A DNA stretch of 64,000 bases, taken from positions 5,088,001 to 5,152,000 of the forward strand of contig CAWIAD010000002.1 of the NCBI GenBank assembly GCA_963833985.1, in the 5' to 3' direction. The notes beneath the pieces were generated by a model that saw only the letters and a list, made by a program, of their open reading frames with translations, did no database searches and was not told where the DNA came from. Source of the stretch: an uncultured Planctomycetaceae bacterium. GTDB lineage: Bacteria > Planctomycetota > Planctomycetia > Isosphaerales > Isosphaeraceae. How positions within the stretch are numbered: the stretch's first letter is position 1; each line of letters starts with the position of its first letter. The translations under genes were made by a program, and so were the position numbers. This document shows positions 1 through 11,120 of this stretch, piece by piece.

Positions 1-2645
1 ATCCTTGCGACGGTCGGCCTGCCTGAGCTTTTCATAGAGCCTGGCATTCTCGATGGCGATGGCCGCCCGGTAGGCCAGGTCCTGGGCCAGCCGCAGATCA
101 TCGGGCCCGTAGATGCGCTGGGATTCCGATGTGCCGAAGCTGATGACACCGAGCGGCCCATTGCGGCCGGGCAGCGGAACACCGATGAACGACCGCAAGC
201 CCAGCTCCCGAACTCTTTCCAGGTGCGTTGAATCCTCAGCATGGGCCGCCAGCATCTCTTCGGTGACCCGGGGAACCAGTCTGGGCTCACCCGATCGGAG
301 AATTGCCCAGACGCCCGAAGACGATTCGCTTCTGGGCGGATAGCAGCGATGAATGTCGCAGGCGAGCGCGACCTTGGCCGGATCGGCATGGGCCACCGCC
401 AGGCGCCTGGGCTGTCCATCCTGGTCCGCCATGTCGACCGCGCACCAGTCGGCGAAGTGGGGCACCGCGAGCTGGGCAATCTGCTTGAGCGCGCTCTCCT
501 CGTCCGCCAGCGTGGCCAGCGCTGCACTGGCGTCGGCGAGAAAGCGGGCTGCCTGCTCGGAGCGCTTGCGGTCGTCGATGTCGGTCGCGGTACCGAAGGA
601 CGACAGGACCTGACCCTGATCGTCCCGGAGCCGCACCGACCGTCCCAGGAACCAGCGATAGTTGCCGTCTCGATCGCGCAGCCGATATTCACACTCGAAA
701 GAGGTTCCTGCGTCCCGCGCTCGGCTCCAGCTTTCCTGCACCCGCTCGAGGTCGTCCGGGTGCACGACCTCTTCCCAGCTTCCAGGCTGATACGTCTCGC
801 GCTCTGTGAGCCCGGTGTAGTCTTGCCAGCGGCGGTTCAGATAGAGCAGGCTGCCGTCGGCATTGACGATCCAGACAATCTGGGGCATCGCGTCAGCCAG
901 GTAGCGGAAGCGATCCTCGCGTTGCCGGATCTCCTGTTCCGCCTGCTTGCGGTCGGTGATGTCGTGGAACGCCGCCACCGCCGCCACGACCCTGCCGGCG
1001 TGATCGGTCACCGGGGCCGCGTTGACGCTGATGGAGAGTTGCGTCCCATCAAGGCACACCAGCTCGATCTCCTCGTTCTGGACCATCTCGCCGTGGCGCA
1101 GTGCGCGGACCAGCGGCCGGTCTCCGGGCAGCATCCGCGTGCCATCGGCCAGCTTGCCGCTGAGATCGAGCAGATGATCGTAATCCTCCATCGGGTGTCC
1201 GGGCTCGAACTTGCCGCGGATGATACGCTCGGCCTCCTGATTGCTCAGGAAAATGCGTCCGGTCCTGGCGTCGGCCACAAGGATCCCCGCGGGAACCTGG
1301 CAGAGGATCGCCTCGGTGAACGCGTTCCTCGCCTCCAGCTCCTCCAGCAGACGGTTCCTCTGCTCCTCCAGGCGTTGCTGGCCCGTCACATCGATGCCCG
1401 AGCCGATGTAGCCCAGTAAGTTTCCATCGGCCGCCATCCAGGGTGCTCCGCGTTCGAACACCGCCCGGTACTCGCCGTCGGTGCGCCGCAGCCGATACAC
1501 CATCTCAAACGCCTGGCGCGCCTCCAGTGCAGCCGCCCGGATCTGCCGGCAACGGTCGCGGTCTTCAGGGTGCACAGAGGCTTCCCACGCCTCGCCCACC
1601 CCCTGCTTCATATCCAGCCCCGTGAAATCAAGCCACGGACGATTCAGGTACGTACACTGTTTCCTGGTATCGCAAACCCAGATGAGCACGGGCACGGCGT
1701 CGGCCATGGTCCGGAATCGCTGCTCGCTGGCCCGCAACGCCTGCTCCCGGAGCACGTTCGCGGTGACCTCAACGGCAGTCGCCAGCAGTCCGACCGACTC
1801 TCCGGCGGGACCTTCAATCCTCCGGATGGACCAGTCCGCGTAGTAAGGAGCCGCCGGGCGATGCCTCAGCGGTCCACACCAGTTGCTGGCGCTGAACGGC
1901 TTTCCCGTCGCGAGCACCTCGCGAAACTGTGTTGCGATCTCCCCTGCGGCGTCGGGACCGTGAATCCGCGTCAGCACCTCATCCAGAGTCCGGCCGATCA
2001 GCTCCTCCGGCGGCGCGTCGCAGAGCGCCGTGTTGTAGGCGTTGACCCGGGCGAATCGAAGTTCGTTGTCGAGGACCATGATCCCCACCGGAACCTGGTC
2101 CAGCAGACTTGCGAGTGTGGCCGCCTGGTCCTCGGCCATCCGCCGCAGGCGCCCCTGCTCGGCAATGAGGCCTTCCCTTTCGGCCTCGGCACTCCGCCTG
2201 CGGACCATCTCCTCCTCGAGCACCCTCTGCTCGCGGCGTGCGGCGGACTCACCAGCCTGGCGCGAAGCTGCGAGTGTCGCATGGAACCGCCCATGAGGGC
2301 GATTGCCAGTCCCAGCTGGAGGTACAGGATGAACGCCACCTTGACGGTAAGGCTCTGGATCGCCCAGGCACCCAGTGGGTCGACCACCAGTGGAAACGTG
2401 ACCAGACTCAGTCCCAGAGTCAGGAGCGAAGGTCCAAGCCCGCCAAACCAGGCCGCGAAAACGACCGCGAAGAAGAAAGTCACCAGCGGGAACTGGTTCC
2501 CGAGCACAGGCACCAGCGCCAGACGCGCCGCAACCGCCAGCACGCTGACCAGCACCGCCACGCTGTAGCGGACCAGCACCGATCTCCCGGAGGTGGAAGC
2601 GATCAATTCTTCCGCGGAGGTCAGGTTGGCGGGACGTTCCTGCAT
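1..2645 (-). CDS. Membrane-anchored multi-PAS/GAF sensor (probable histidine kinase); 3' end outside window, one frameshift near 2260
   Basis: N-terminal DUF4118-like 4-TM segment (RYSVAVLVSVLAVAARLAL...FFFAVVFAAWFGGLGP) after GAAGG-N4-ATG. After a 1-nt shift the frame continues through PAS/PAC motifs (VHPEDRDR...YRLRRTDGEYR...GYIGSGIDVT) and a GAF-like end. The kinase core is not visible in the window. Confidence 0.75.
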
Positions 2646-3111
2646 CGCACCTTCGCGCCGGGATCTCAGGGACTGCACGCTGTCCGGGCGCGCCGGAACA
2701 TCGCGCCACGCAAAACCATGCGCAGACGCACTTGCCCCGGCCTGCCTCAATGGTTCCTGACCACCCATCAGTGCCCGTCCCGTGCGGCAGCAGGGCTCGC
2801 GTAACTCATTGCGGCAGTTCGCACAACCCCATGCGACATATTCCTTTCCGGAACAAGATCCAGGAACCTGGATGCGCTACTCCGGCGCCGCTGCCTGATC
2901 GGCCCGGCAAGCATACTGCAAAAATCATACCATTCTCGCAAATTGCCCATGCCATTTGTCATGACCTCGACTCGAGCGACAAGTTTGAATCTTGTCGCAC
3001 GACGACCCTTCTCCGCCTTTCGTGGATTCTTGTCCGCTCTCTGCTGTAGACCTGATGGATCGGTTGAGCAGCCGGCCCGCGCGCCGTGCATGGGTTTACC
3101 AGAGTGGAGGT

Positions 3112-3166
3112 TGCCAGGCGACACGAAAACCGAGCCCCCCTGACGACACGAAAACTGACCCCCTCC
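3112..3166 (+). mobile_element. Orphan IS21-family-like terminal repeat (two 25-bp-period subterminal repeats)
   Basis: TGCCAGG-CGACACGAAAACCGAGCCCCCC-TGA-CGACACGAAAACTGACCCCCTCC resembles IS21 ends (TG start, repeated GAAAACTGACCCC). No istA/istB nearby. Confidence 0.55.
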
Positions 3167-3379
3167 TATACACATGACAACGAGTGGCCATGGACAAGTT
3201 GAAGTCCGATCTGGTCAGCTTGCAGAACAGGCAAGCGGGCCAAAGGGAATTGAAGGGAGCATGTGTCCACCTGCGCGCTACGCAGGAGGACACGATTGCC
3301 CTGTCAACCCGATATTGATAGGTTTCGGGGACTTCAGTCCACTACTGGTGGGTGTTGCCAAGATTGTGGGACGGACCCA

Positions 3380-3575
3380 CCGCTGAGACCCGGGATCCGA
3401 TGGATGCGGAACCGGGTAAATCGCGCCGAGGTGACCATGAGTACGAGCGCAAAGGATTTGCAGACCTGTTCATGTTCATCGAAACTTTGCGCGCCTGGGC
3501 GCAAGTGTGGATCACGCCGCAACGCCGCAATGTCGAGTGGGCGTTGTGCGTCAAGCAACGGCTGGAGGAGCCAGC
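3380..3575 (+). pseudogene. IS630-family transposase fragment
   Basis: ETRDPMDAEPGKSRRGDHEYERKGFADLFMFIETLRAWAQVWITPQRRNVEWA matches the IS630 PG..R.DYEYER.G.ANLFM..EPL.GW pattern, but is degenerate and lacks both ends. Confidence 0.65.
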
Positions 3576-3650
3576 CCAACTTATCAAAAGACGTGGGACA
3601 ACGGTCGTTTCCGTTTAATGCGATCCTGGATGACCGGGAGGCCGCTCTTT

Positions 3651-3766
3651 GTGGGCCACGATACCCGATCGTGTCACTTTTCGATCACCTCGTGGGACAC
3701 GATTCCATTCGTGTCACTTCTTTTATTTGATGGACCAGGAATGGCACGATCGGAATCGTACCCCAC
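3651..3766. repeat. Three REP-like palindromes (GTGG + hairpin): two direct, one inverted
   Basis: GTGGGCCACGATACCCGATCGTGTC (3651), GTGGGACACGATTCCATTCGTGTC (3692), and reverse complement GTGGGGTACGATTCCGATCGTGCC (3743-3766). Confidence 0.6.
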
Positions 3767-3917
3767 GTGGAGAGCGGCCAGGCAGAGCCCTCGGCCCCGG
3801 GCAAGCGAACTGCAATCCTGCCCAAAGACTTGTGCGGATCTGATTAGCTAGCGGCCAGCTTTTGCAGTCGCGACCCCTCGCTTTCCACGACCATCTGGAG
3901 AAAGCGCTGAACAAGAC

Positions 3918-3952
3918 CACCCCATCTGGCTTACCACCATCGAGATGGGGTG
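3918..3952 (-). terminator. Stem-loop downstream of the 3983-5005 gene
   Basis: CACCCCATCT / AGATGGGGTG perfect 10-bp stem; weak U-tract. Confidence 0.4.
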
Positions 3953-3982
3953 CTCCAGGAGGCTATCAACCTGGCGACCGGC

Positions 3983-5005
3983 TCAGTGCAGCAGGACTGT
4001 GCCCTCGACGGTCCAGGTGAACGCCCACTCGGGGTCCGTGAGTGCGAAGGGACTATTGGTCGCCGTCACTTGAAGCGGTTGACCATTGATCACGACGTTG
4101 GCGAATCGTCCCGTTCCTCCGGCAACAGAGTACTGGCCCGACCAGACCGCGGTGAAGGTCGTGCCGGTGTTGTCCACGGGAGTAAGTTGCACCTGCCCGG
4201 AGCCGGTGAAGTAGAGAATGTCGCCGTTGGCCGCCTCCGTTTCCTGAGGCGCCGTGAGGGTGAAATTGAAGACGAGGGGATTGGCCGTCGGCGTGGTCGC
4301 CACGTTCCCGGAGAACGTGTGCTTGCCCATGGGACTTCCCGTGCCCGAACCGCCGAAGTCTCCGGTAGCGGGCGAGTAGGTTCCCGTACCCTTGGTGCTG
4401 TAACGAAGCTGATGGCCGTACGTCAGCGTCCCCGTTCCGGACCACGTGAAGTTGAAAGGAGTCGTCGAGGTCCCGGTGATGAAGAAGGGGTCGCTGATGG
4501 CGGTCATGATCAGGCTCCCCCCCGTGAGCTTCGCGAACCGACCGGTGCAGTTTGGCAGGTCGGGGTTGAACTCGGCGACGAAGAGCGTTGTGAAGCTGCC
4601 ATCACTGTTCGGCACCAGCGCGAACTGCCCGGGCTGCTGGGCTCCGTTGTCGGTGTCGCCATAGGTCATGGCCAGATGATCGCCGTTTGCGGCCACGAAG
4701 ACGAAGTTCGGCGCGCTCGAGAACTCGCCGGACGTGGGACCCGTGAACTGGAGGATCTGGAAGTTGCCCTGGCCAGTGTACTTCCCCAGTTCGGTGGCAT
4801 GACCGGTCGCGCTGTGGGGTGCCGGGGTGCCCGGGATGAGCGAGAGGCCATCGGGTGCGTACCCTCCACCTGTGATCTTCAGCGGTTTGACCTGGGCTTC
4901 CGCGCGGGACGGGGTGAGGGCCAGGCCGGCAGCCAGAGCAGTCGCAAAAACGAGGAACGAGGCGAAACGGGCAGTGCGAATCACGTTGCTTCTCCGGGTC
5001 CGCAT
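3983..5005 (-). CDS. Secreted beta-rich protein with two tandem homologous domains
   Basis: Signal peptide ending AEA-Q. Two roughly 150-aa halves, each with AANGD, TGRFA and a terminal FTW..G motif; Thr/Gly-rich. Confidence 0.8.
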   Translation of the reverse strand: MRTRRSNVIRTARFASFLVFATALAAGLALTPSRAEAQVKPLKITGGGYAPDGLSLIPGTPAPHSATGHATELGKYTGQGNFQILQFTGPTSGEFSSAPNFVFVAANGDHLAMTYGDTDNGAQQPGQFALVPNSDGSFTTLFVAEFNPDLPNCTGRFAKLTGGSLIMTAISDPFFITGTSTTPFNFTWSGTGTLTYGHQLRYSTKGTGTYSPATGDFGGSGTGSPMGKHTFSGNVATTPTANPLVFNFTLTAPQETEAANGDILYFTGSGQVQLTPVDNTGTTFTAVWSGQYSVAGGTGRFANVVINGQPLQVTATNSPFALTDPEWAFTWTVEGTVLLH

Positions 5006-5538
5006 GGATCAGAAAACCAGCTCACCGCGCGGACCTGGCGGCGAGCGTGGCCTGGGGCGATTGCGAGAAAGGAGACCGAAAGAGCGTCAGGCCAATCGTG
5101 CCGGGAGGGACTGCTGCTGAGCCGGTCTCCAATCCGGGCTCGACCCGCATCTCACCTCCGCCAACGGATGGGCCCTGACACGGACCGCGATCGGATGCGC
5201 TCTCGAGATCCCTGTCTGAAGTCCTTGCTCAAACCGGAACCGGCCTGCGCTACGACGTTGCGATCGAAGTGATCCCGGATGGTCTGGTTCCCTGTCCCTA
5301 CAAGAAACATCAAAGCGAAAAACCGAACGCGCCTCGGACGTTTTTTCTGAGAAAGAAGATCCCTGGGTGATCCGAGCGGCTGAATCGGCAGCCCGAACAT
5401 CCATTGACATCTGATCTTCCGTAATTCGAGCAAGGCTTCCTTGCTTTCCTCCAGCGCGCCACGGCATACTTGACCGGTTCAAATCGAGACTGCGTGGATG
5501 GTCGCCGCCAAGTGCGAATCGCCGGAAGGGGGTCGCCG

Positions 5539-6125
5539 GTGCTGTCGTCGGCTGGCTGCAACGAACGAGATACGGCGATGCTCGCCGCGGCGACGAGCGG
5601 CGACCCAGCCGCGCAGTGGCACGCGCTCGAGGCCTGCCGCGATTATCTCAGGCTCGTGGTGAGCCGGGGCGCTGGTCGAGCCAGGCTCACCCGCAAGCCA
5701 CATCCGACCTCGTCCAGCAGACGTTCGTGAATGCCTGGGGCCACTTCTCGAGGTTCGAGGGCCAGACACCCGGACAGCTCCGCGCCTGGCTCAGGAAGAT
5801 ACTCATTCGCGCCTCGCTCAACGCCCGGCGGCGACGGCGAGCAGTTCAGCTTGGTTCGAAGGAAGAGGCAGGAGTCGCCTCCGGCGCGGCGACGTCCCCC
5901 AGTCAGGCTGCGGAGCGGAATGCCGCGCTGGAGGCACTCGACGCGGCGCTGCGCGGCCTCTCGGAACGCCATCGCGAGGTCATCCGCCTGCGGGTCTGGG
6001 AGCAACTGTCGTTCGAGGAAATCGGCACCAGGCTGGAGACGACGCAGGATGCAGCGCGGATGCTCTACGGGCGGGCGCTGGCCAGGCTGCGCGAGGCGAT
6101 GAGGCCCGGCCATGACCCCGGATGA
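5539..6125 (+). CDS. ECF sigma-70 factor (planctomycete STK-associated type), frameshift near 5668
   Basis: LEACRDYLRLVV then SDLVQQTF...QLRAWLRKIL (region 2) and LSERHREVIRLRVWEQLSFEEIG...ARMLYGRALARLR (region 4). Start codon uncertain (5539 GTG or 5578 ATG). Confidence 0.85.
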
Positions 6126-9100
6126 GACCAGCCCCGCGCCGATCGATGAGCGTTTGCTGGCCCGAGTCATGGCATGCGACTCGCTCTTGAATGCCTCAGA
6201 GTCCCCATCTGAGCGAGGCCCGGCGGGCAGTCCTTCCTCCCTGGCCGACAACCGGGCACGAAGCCGGCTGCTGCTCTTGCTCAGGATGCTGGACGCGGCC
6301 GAGCCGCCAGCCGACATGCCGCAGGAGTCCGGAAACGCGGCGGATGGGACGGACCGAAAGCAGGAGCGTCCACTCCTGGGCCGGTTCGAGGTCATCGACG
6401 ATCTCGGCTCGGGAGGATTCGGGTTTGTGGTTCACGCCCGGGACCGGCTGCTGGGTCGCGACGTGGCGCTGAAGATGCCGCTCCCGGAACGCCTGCTGGC
6501 ACCGGAGAATGTGCGTCGATTTCTTCGTGAGGCGCGTGCCGCGGCCCGGCTGGACCACCCCCACATCGTGCGGGTTTACGACGCCGGAGAACTCGGCCCA
6601 CTGGGCTATTTCATCGCCTCGGAGTACTGCCCGGGCCCCAGCCTGCGGCGGTGGCTGAGGGCTCAGAACAAGCAAGTCCCCGCGCGGCTGGCAGCGCGGT
6701 GGATCGCCGCACTGGCCGACGCCGTGCAGCACGCGCACGACCGCGGCATCCTCCACCGCGACATCAAGCCCGACAACGTGATCCTCGCCGGCGGCCCCGA
6801 ACCCGAGACCTTCGTTCCCCGCCTGACCGACTTCGGCCTGGCCAAGATGGTTGCCGAGGTTGGCGACGAGACGCGGAGCGAGGCACGGCTGGGCACGCCT
6901 CTGTACATGGCCCCCGAGCAGGCCGCGGGTCGCCCCCGCGAGGTTGGGCCGGCGACCGACGTCTACGCCCTGGGCTCGACCCTCCATGAGCTTCTCACCG
7001 GCCGGCCGCCGTTGCGAGGTGAGACGGAGGCCGAGACGCTCCGCCTGATCCTCGAGGCTGAGCCGCCCTCGCCACGGTCCTTACGGCCGTCATTGCCGCG
7101 CGACCTGGAGACGATCGTCCGCAAGTGCTTGCAGAAGGAGCCGGCACGACGTTATGCCTCGGCTGAGGCGTTGTCCGGGGATCTTCGGAGGTTCCTCGAG
7201 GGTCGGCCAATCCTCGCCCGGCGCCCGGCGCATTCCAGCGCGCGACGAAGTGGGCGCGTCGGCACAAGGCGGCCGTGGCGGCGGCTGCCATCATCATGCT
7301 GATCACTGTCACGGGAGTGGGCGTCGGTGCGCGCTGGCGTGACGGTGTCGTGCGCCGTCACAACAGCGAGGTGAGCAGGGTGCTGGAGCGCGCCGAGGAG
7401 CATGAACTCTCAGCTCGCCGGCTCCGGTATGACTCACAGATGCGGCTTGCTCATCAGGCCTTCGAATCGGGACAGGTCGAATTCGCGCAGGAGATCCTCG
7501 AGGGACTCAGGCCGGAGTCGCCGGGCCGCGACCTCCGCGGTTTCGAGTGGCACTATCTTCGCAAGGCGTGCCACCGCGATGTCTCGGTCCTTACGGACCA
7601 CGATCTGAGATCGATGATTCTCGCTCCGGATCAACTGAAGCTGATCTCGGGCGATCGTTATGGCTCGATCCTCTTCTGGGACCTTGCCGCGGGACGGAAA
7701 CTCATCCAATTCCAGGCACATTCGCGGGAGGTCTGTGGCCTGACGGTTGCGCCCGATGGCCGCATCCTCGTCTCGTGGTCCTCGACTTTGGGTCAGCCGA
7801 GCGAGGTCAAGCTCTGGGATGCGCATTCAGCGCGTCATCTCGCCAGCGCCCCCGGGATCAAGGGTTATGTCCAGTCCGTGGCCTTCGCCCCTACCGGGCG
7901 AACCCTGGCGATCCTGGAACACGCCCTGGATCTTGGGTCGGACGAGAACAGGCTGGTGTTCTGGAACCTTGAAGACTCGGGACGCCTCACGCCCGGCAGA
8001 CCGGCAATCTCCTGCTACAGCATGGAGTACTCCCGCGACAGCCGATGGCTGGCGACGGGCGAGGCGCGGATCAACCGTGACGCTGAGAGATGCGACAACC
8101 GGCGAGCCGATCCGGACGCTACGCAAGCGCTTGCCCGGAATTGCAGGCATCGGGTTCTCTCCCGACAGCCGCATGGTTGTCGCTTACTCGCCGGATCTGA
8201 CCTTGTGGGATACGCACTCCGGACGCGAGCTGCACTCGCTTCCGGGCCTGTCGTGGAGCGAGCATGCGTTTTCGCCTGATGGAAAACACCTCGCCGGGAT
8301 CACCGCCGCCGGGGACTCGATCGAGCTGATCACCGACGTGACAACAAACCCCCGGTTGGTTGCACTGGAGGCCCCTTCCGCCAGGGACGTTCAAATGGCC
8401 TTCTCGCCCGACGGCAGGATCATCGCTGGCGGCGGTGCCAGCCGACCCGCAACTCTCTGGGAGACGTCCTCGGGTCGAAAACTCGCTGAGTTCCCCGGCA
8501 AGACGATGGTCATCGGGCGACCGGTCTTCGCACCCGACGGCCGGTCCTTAATCTTTGGCGGTGAGGACGGGCGGATCCGCTCCTGGCATCTGGTCAAGAA
8601 GCCCGAGCCCATCGCGTGCCTGGCGGGCCATACCGCGGAGGTCTGGGGACTGGCATTCACCACGGACGGTACGTCGTTGATCTCCGCCGCGGACGACCAT
8701 TTGATCAAGGTCTGGAACCCACGCAATGGCGCCCTGCGTTCAACATCAGCGGGACACGCTGCGCTGGTGTCGTCGCTCGCGATCACCTCCGATGGCAGCC
8801 TCCTCGCCAGTGGAAGCTTCGACAGGACGGTCCGGCTCTGGGATGTTGACAGCGGCCAGCCCTGCGCCGTGCTTCGCGGACACACCGATCGCGTGCGATC
8901 CGTGGCGTTCTCTCCGGACCGGCGGCTCCTTGCCTCTGCTGGCTCCGACAAGACCGTCCGCGTCTGGGATGTCGATCGGGGCGAGACGATCCTGGTCTTC
9001 CAGGGGCATACGGATACGGTCCGTGCCCTGGCATTCAACTCGACCGGCACCCTGCTTGTCTCGTCGGGTGACGATCGGACGATACGGGGAATCGACGTCA

Positions 9101-9486
9101 AGGGGCGCCGGGAGACGTTTTCGCTGTCCTGTCCCAACCACAATTCGGCCCTTGCGTTCTCACCCGATGAGTCTCTCCTCGCGTCCGCCGACGACCGGGG
9201 AAACCTCTCGATCTGGGATGTCGCGACGTGGAAGCGAAGGCAGTCGGTCAAAGGGTCTGACACCGGGATCTGGGGCCTTTGCTTCTCGCCCGATGGCAAG
9301 ACGCTTGCGGCCGCCTGCGGCGACGCGAAGGTCCGTCTCTGGGATCCGATCACCGGCCAGGTGATGCTCGTGCTCGAAGGCCACGCCCAGCGCGTCAACG
9401 CCGTGGCGTTTGCGCCCGACGGGGCCACCCTGGCTTCCGCGAGCCACGACGGGGCAGTCAAGCTCTGGAGCACGGCGTCGCCGTAA
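6112..9486 (+). CDS. Ser/Thr protein kinase with TM segment and C-terminal WD40 repeats (frameshifts near 7230 and 8068)
   Basis: Hanks kinase motifs GSGGFG, VALK, HRDIKPDN, DFG, YMAPE; hydrophobic segment; DLRGFEWHYL linker; many GH..V..AFSPDG..LAS..D.TV..WD repeats. Overlaps the sigma stop. Confidence 0.9.
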
Positions 9487-9549
9487 CCTCAACACTCTTT
9501 GATTGGCTGATGAAGTGCAGACGACCGAGCGTGCCGCGCGGACGGGCTC

Positions 9550-9836
9550 TCAAGACATCCGTTCTCCGGACACGCGATTCGCACCGACGCCATCCGCCAG
9601 TTCCTCCCGCAACCCCTGGGCGGTTACCTGGATCGCCGGCACCTTCGCCGCCCCCAGCGCCTCGATGAACTCCAACCGTGACAGACCCGCGATCGCGGCA
9701 CCGGTCCCCTGACTGACTCGTCCTTTGGAGTACCAGTGAATTGCCAGGATTCGCCTGGCCTCCCGAGTCGCTTCATCGGGCGTAGCGCGAGTGCTGCCAG
9801 GGCTTCGTCCGGCAATTCTATGGTAAGTTGAGTCAT
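9550..9836 (-). CDS. UPF0175-family putative antitoxin (frameshift near 9785)
   Basis: MTQLTIELPDEALAAL / TPDEATREARRILAIHWYSKGRVSQGTGAAIAGLSRLEFIEALG...IQVTAQGLREEL is the typical UPF0175 pattern. Confidence 0.75.
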
Positions 9837-9896
9837 GCAACCCTCCCAGTGCATCGTACCGGACCAATCCAGACCGAGCCAGAGACCGTGAACCGC

Positions 9897-10125
9897 TCAC
9901 CACTCCAGCACGCCATTCTGAACTGATGCCAGATCCGCGGCCGTCCAGTCGGCCCCAACAGTGGTGAGGTGCTCCACTGAGAAGGAGGTCGTCAGCCCCA
10001 GGCAACGACTCCCTGCGGCCTTGGCCGCGGCGACGCCCGAGACGGCGTCTTCGATCACCAGACAATGACTCGGTTCCAGCCCCAACCGGCGGGCGGCTTC
10101 GAGAAAGATGTCCGGGGCCGGTTTC
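9897..10125 (-). pseudogene. Orphan 3' fragment (75 codons) of a HAD phosphatase, duplicating the end of 11491-12147
   Basis: Colinear with 11491-11719 (offset 1594); 44-bp perfect identity 10060-10103 vs 11654-11697; no start or 5' part. Confidence 0.85.
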
Positions 10126-10472
10126 GCTCACTGTACGCAACCTGCTCGCTTGGGTCTGGCGCGTCAACGACCTTCTGGCCGGTTGAACCTGTCACCGAGG
10201 AGCAGGAATCCTCTGTAGCCGTCCAGCCCCTTCTTACACGGCCGGTTCCCAGCCCCTCCGTCACTCGGCCCGATGTGCAGCAGTGTTTGGTCACATCCCA
10301 CTGGTCGCTCGTAGACGCTGACTTTCGCCCTCAAATTCGCCAGTGGATGTGCACCTCCGGGACCTGCATAGCCAGCGGGCTGAGGCACATTACCCTGCTT
10401 TCCGTTATCATGAAGATGTATCGTCGGCGGCCGGCCCGCTGAAACTCGGCCTTGAGTGCGGAGGATACTCGG

Positions 10473-11120
10473 ATGGCGAATGCGACCGATGGGGTGCGCG
10501 ACTTGGTGGCCGATGCGCTGAGATCTATCCCAAAGCCGTACTCCGAGGAGATCACCGACGCGGTGTGCCGGGTGATCGAGAACGACCCGGTCCTCCGGCG
10601 GCGGTACAGTGAGCTTGCCTCAGAACTCAGAGACTGGGTCGTGAACAACTGGATCGGCCGGTATACGGCTGAGTTGACCGGTCGCAGGAGTGCGGAGCAG
10701 GTTCCATCGCAGAGCGGACTGATCCGATGGTATCGGAAGCTGCGCACAGACCAGGGGTCCCAGTCGCTTTCTTCGGTGGACTTCGAGCCATTGAATATCT
10801 GTGTTCCGCTCCGGGAAGATCCTACTGGCGTGTTCCGTGTCGGCGAGAGCCGGGTGCTTCTGGAGTTGGTGCTCGATGCGTTCAAGCGTGGCGAGAGCGC
10901 CGAGGCGATCGTCAGGTCGTATCGCTCGCTGCGGCTGGCCGATGTGTACGCAGTCATCAGCCGGTATCTCGCGGACCCTGCTCCATTCGACGAGTATCTT
11001 CGTCGATGCCATGAGGATGCCGACGCGGTTCGCCGTGAGATGGGTGCGGCTGGAATGACGGGAGGGATCGGCAAGGAGGAGCTTCTGGAGAGGGCACGTG
11101 CAAAGGGCCTGACGGCGTGA
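10473..11120 (+). CDS. DUF433 (VapB45-like) antitoxin with an extra roughly 100-aa N-terminal domain
   Basis: C-terminal PLREDPTGVFRVGESRVLLELVLDAFKRGESAEAIVRSYRSLRLADVYAVISRYL is DUF433-like. Alternative in-frame GTG at 10776. Confidence 0.75.
   Translation: MANATDGVRDLVADALRSIPKPYSEEITDAVCRVIENDPVLRRRYSELASELRDWVVNNWIGRYTAELTGRRSAEQVPSQSGLIRWYRKLRTDQGSQSLSSVDFEPLNICVPLREDPTGVFRVGESRVLLELVLDAFKRGESAEAIVRSYRSLRLADVYAVISRYLADPAPFDEYLRRCHEDADAVRREMGAAGMTGGIGKEELLERARAKGLTA

Noticed and set aside
241..2568. Long plus-strand ORFs (241-1419, 1570-2568) and similar antisense ORFs elsewhere (12552-14432, 21007-22923, 34598-36187, 46750-48105, 58466-59575)
   Set aside because: They lie opposite genes with recognisable motifs; long shadow ORFs are expected at this GC content.
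3651..3766. Possible mini CRISPR array
   Set aside because: Only two direct copies with a roughly 16-nt gap, the third copy is inverted, and there are no cas genes; better explained as REP-like.
5236..5259. GGAAC-N16-GTT ECF-type promoter upstream of the sigma gene
   Set aside because: Short motif likely by chance, about 280 bp from the start, and this ECF group's consensus cannot be confirmed here.
7200..8100. Programmed ribosomal frameshifting in the kinase gene
   Set aside because: No slippery heptamers, and similar indels occur in many unrelated genes in the window.
9487..9549. Expected DUF3368 PIN toxin downstream of UPF0175
   Set aside because: No room or ORF before the convergent kinase gene; the antitoxin appears to be orphaned.
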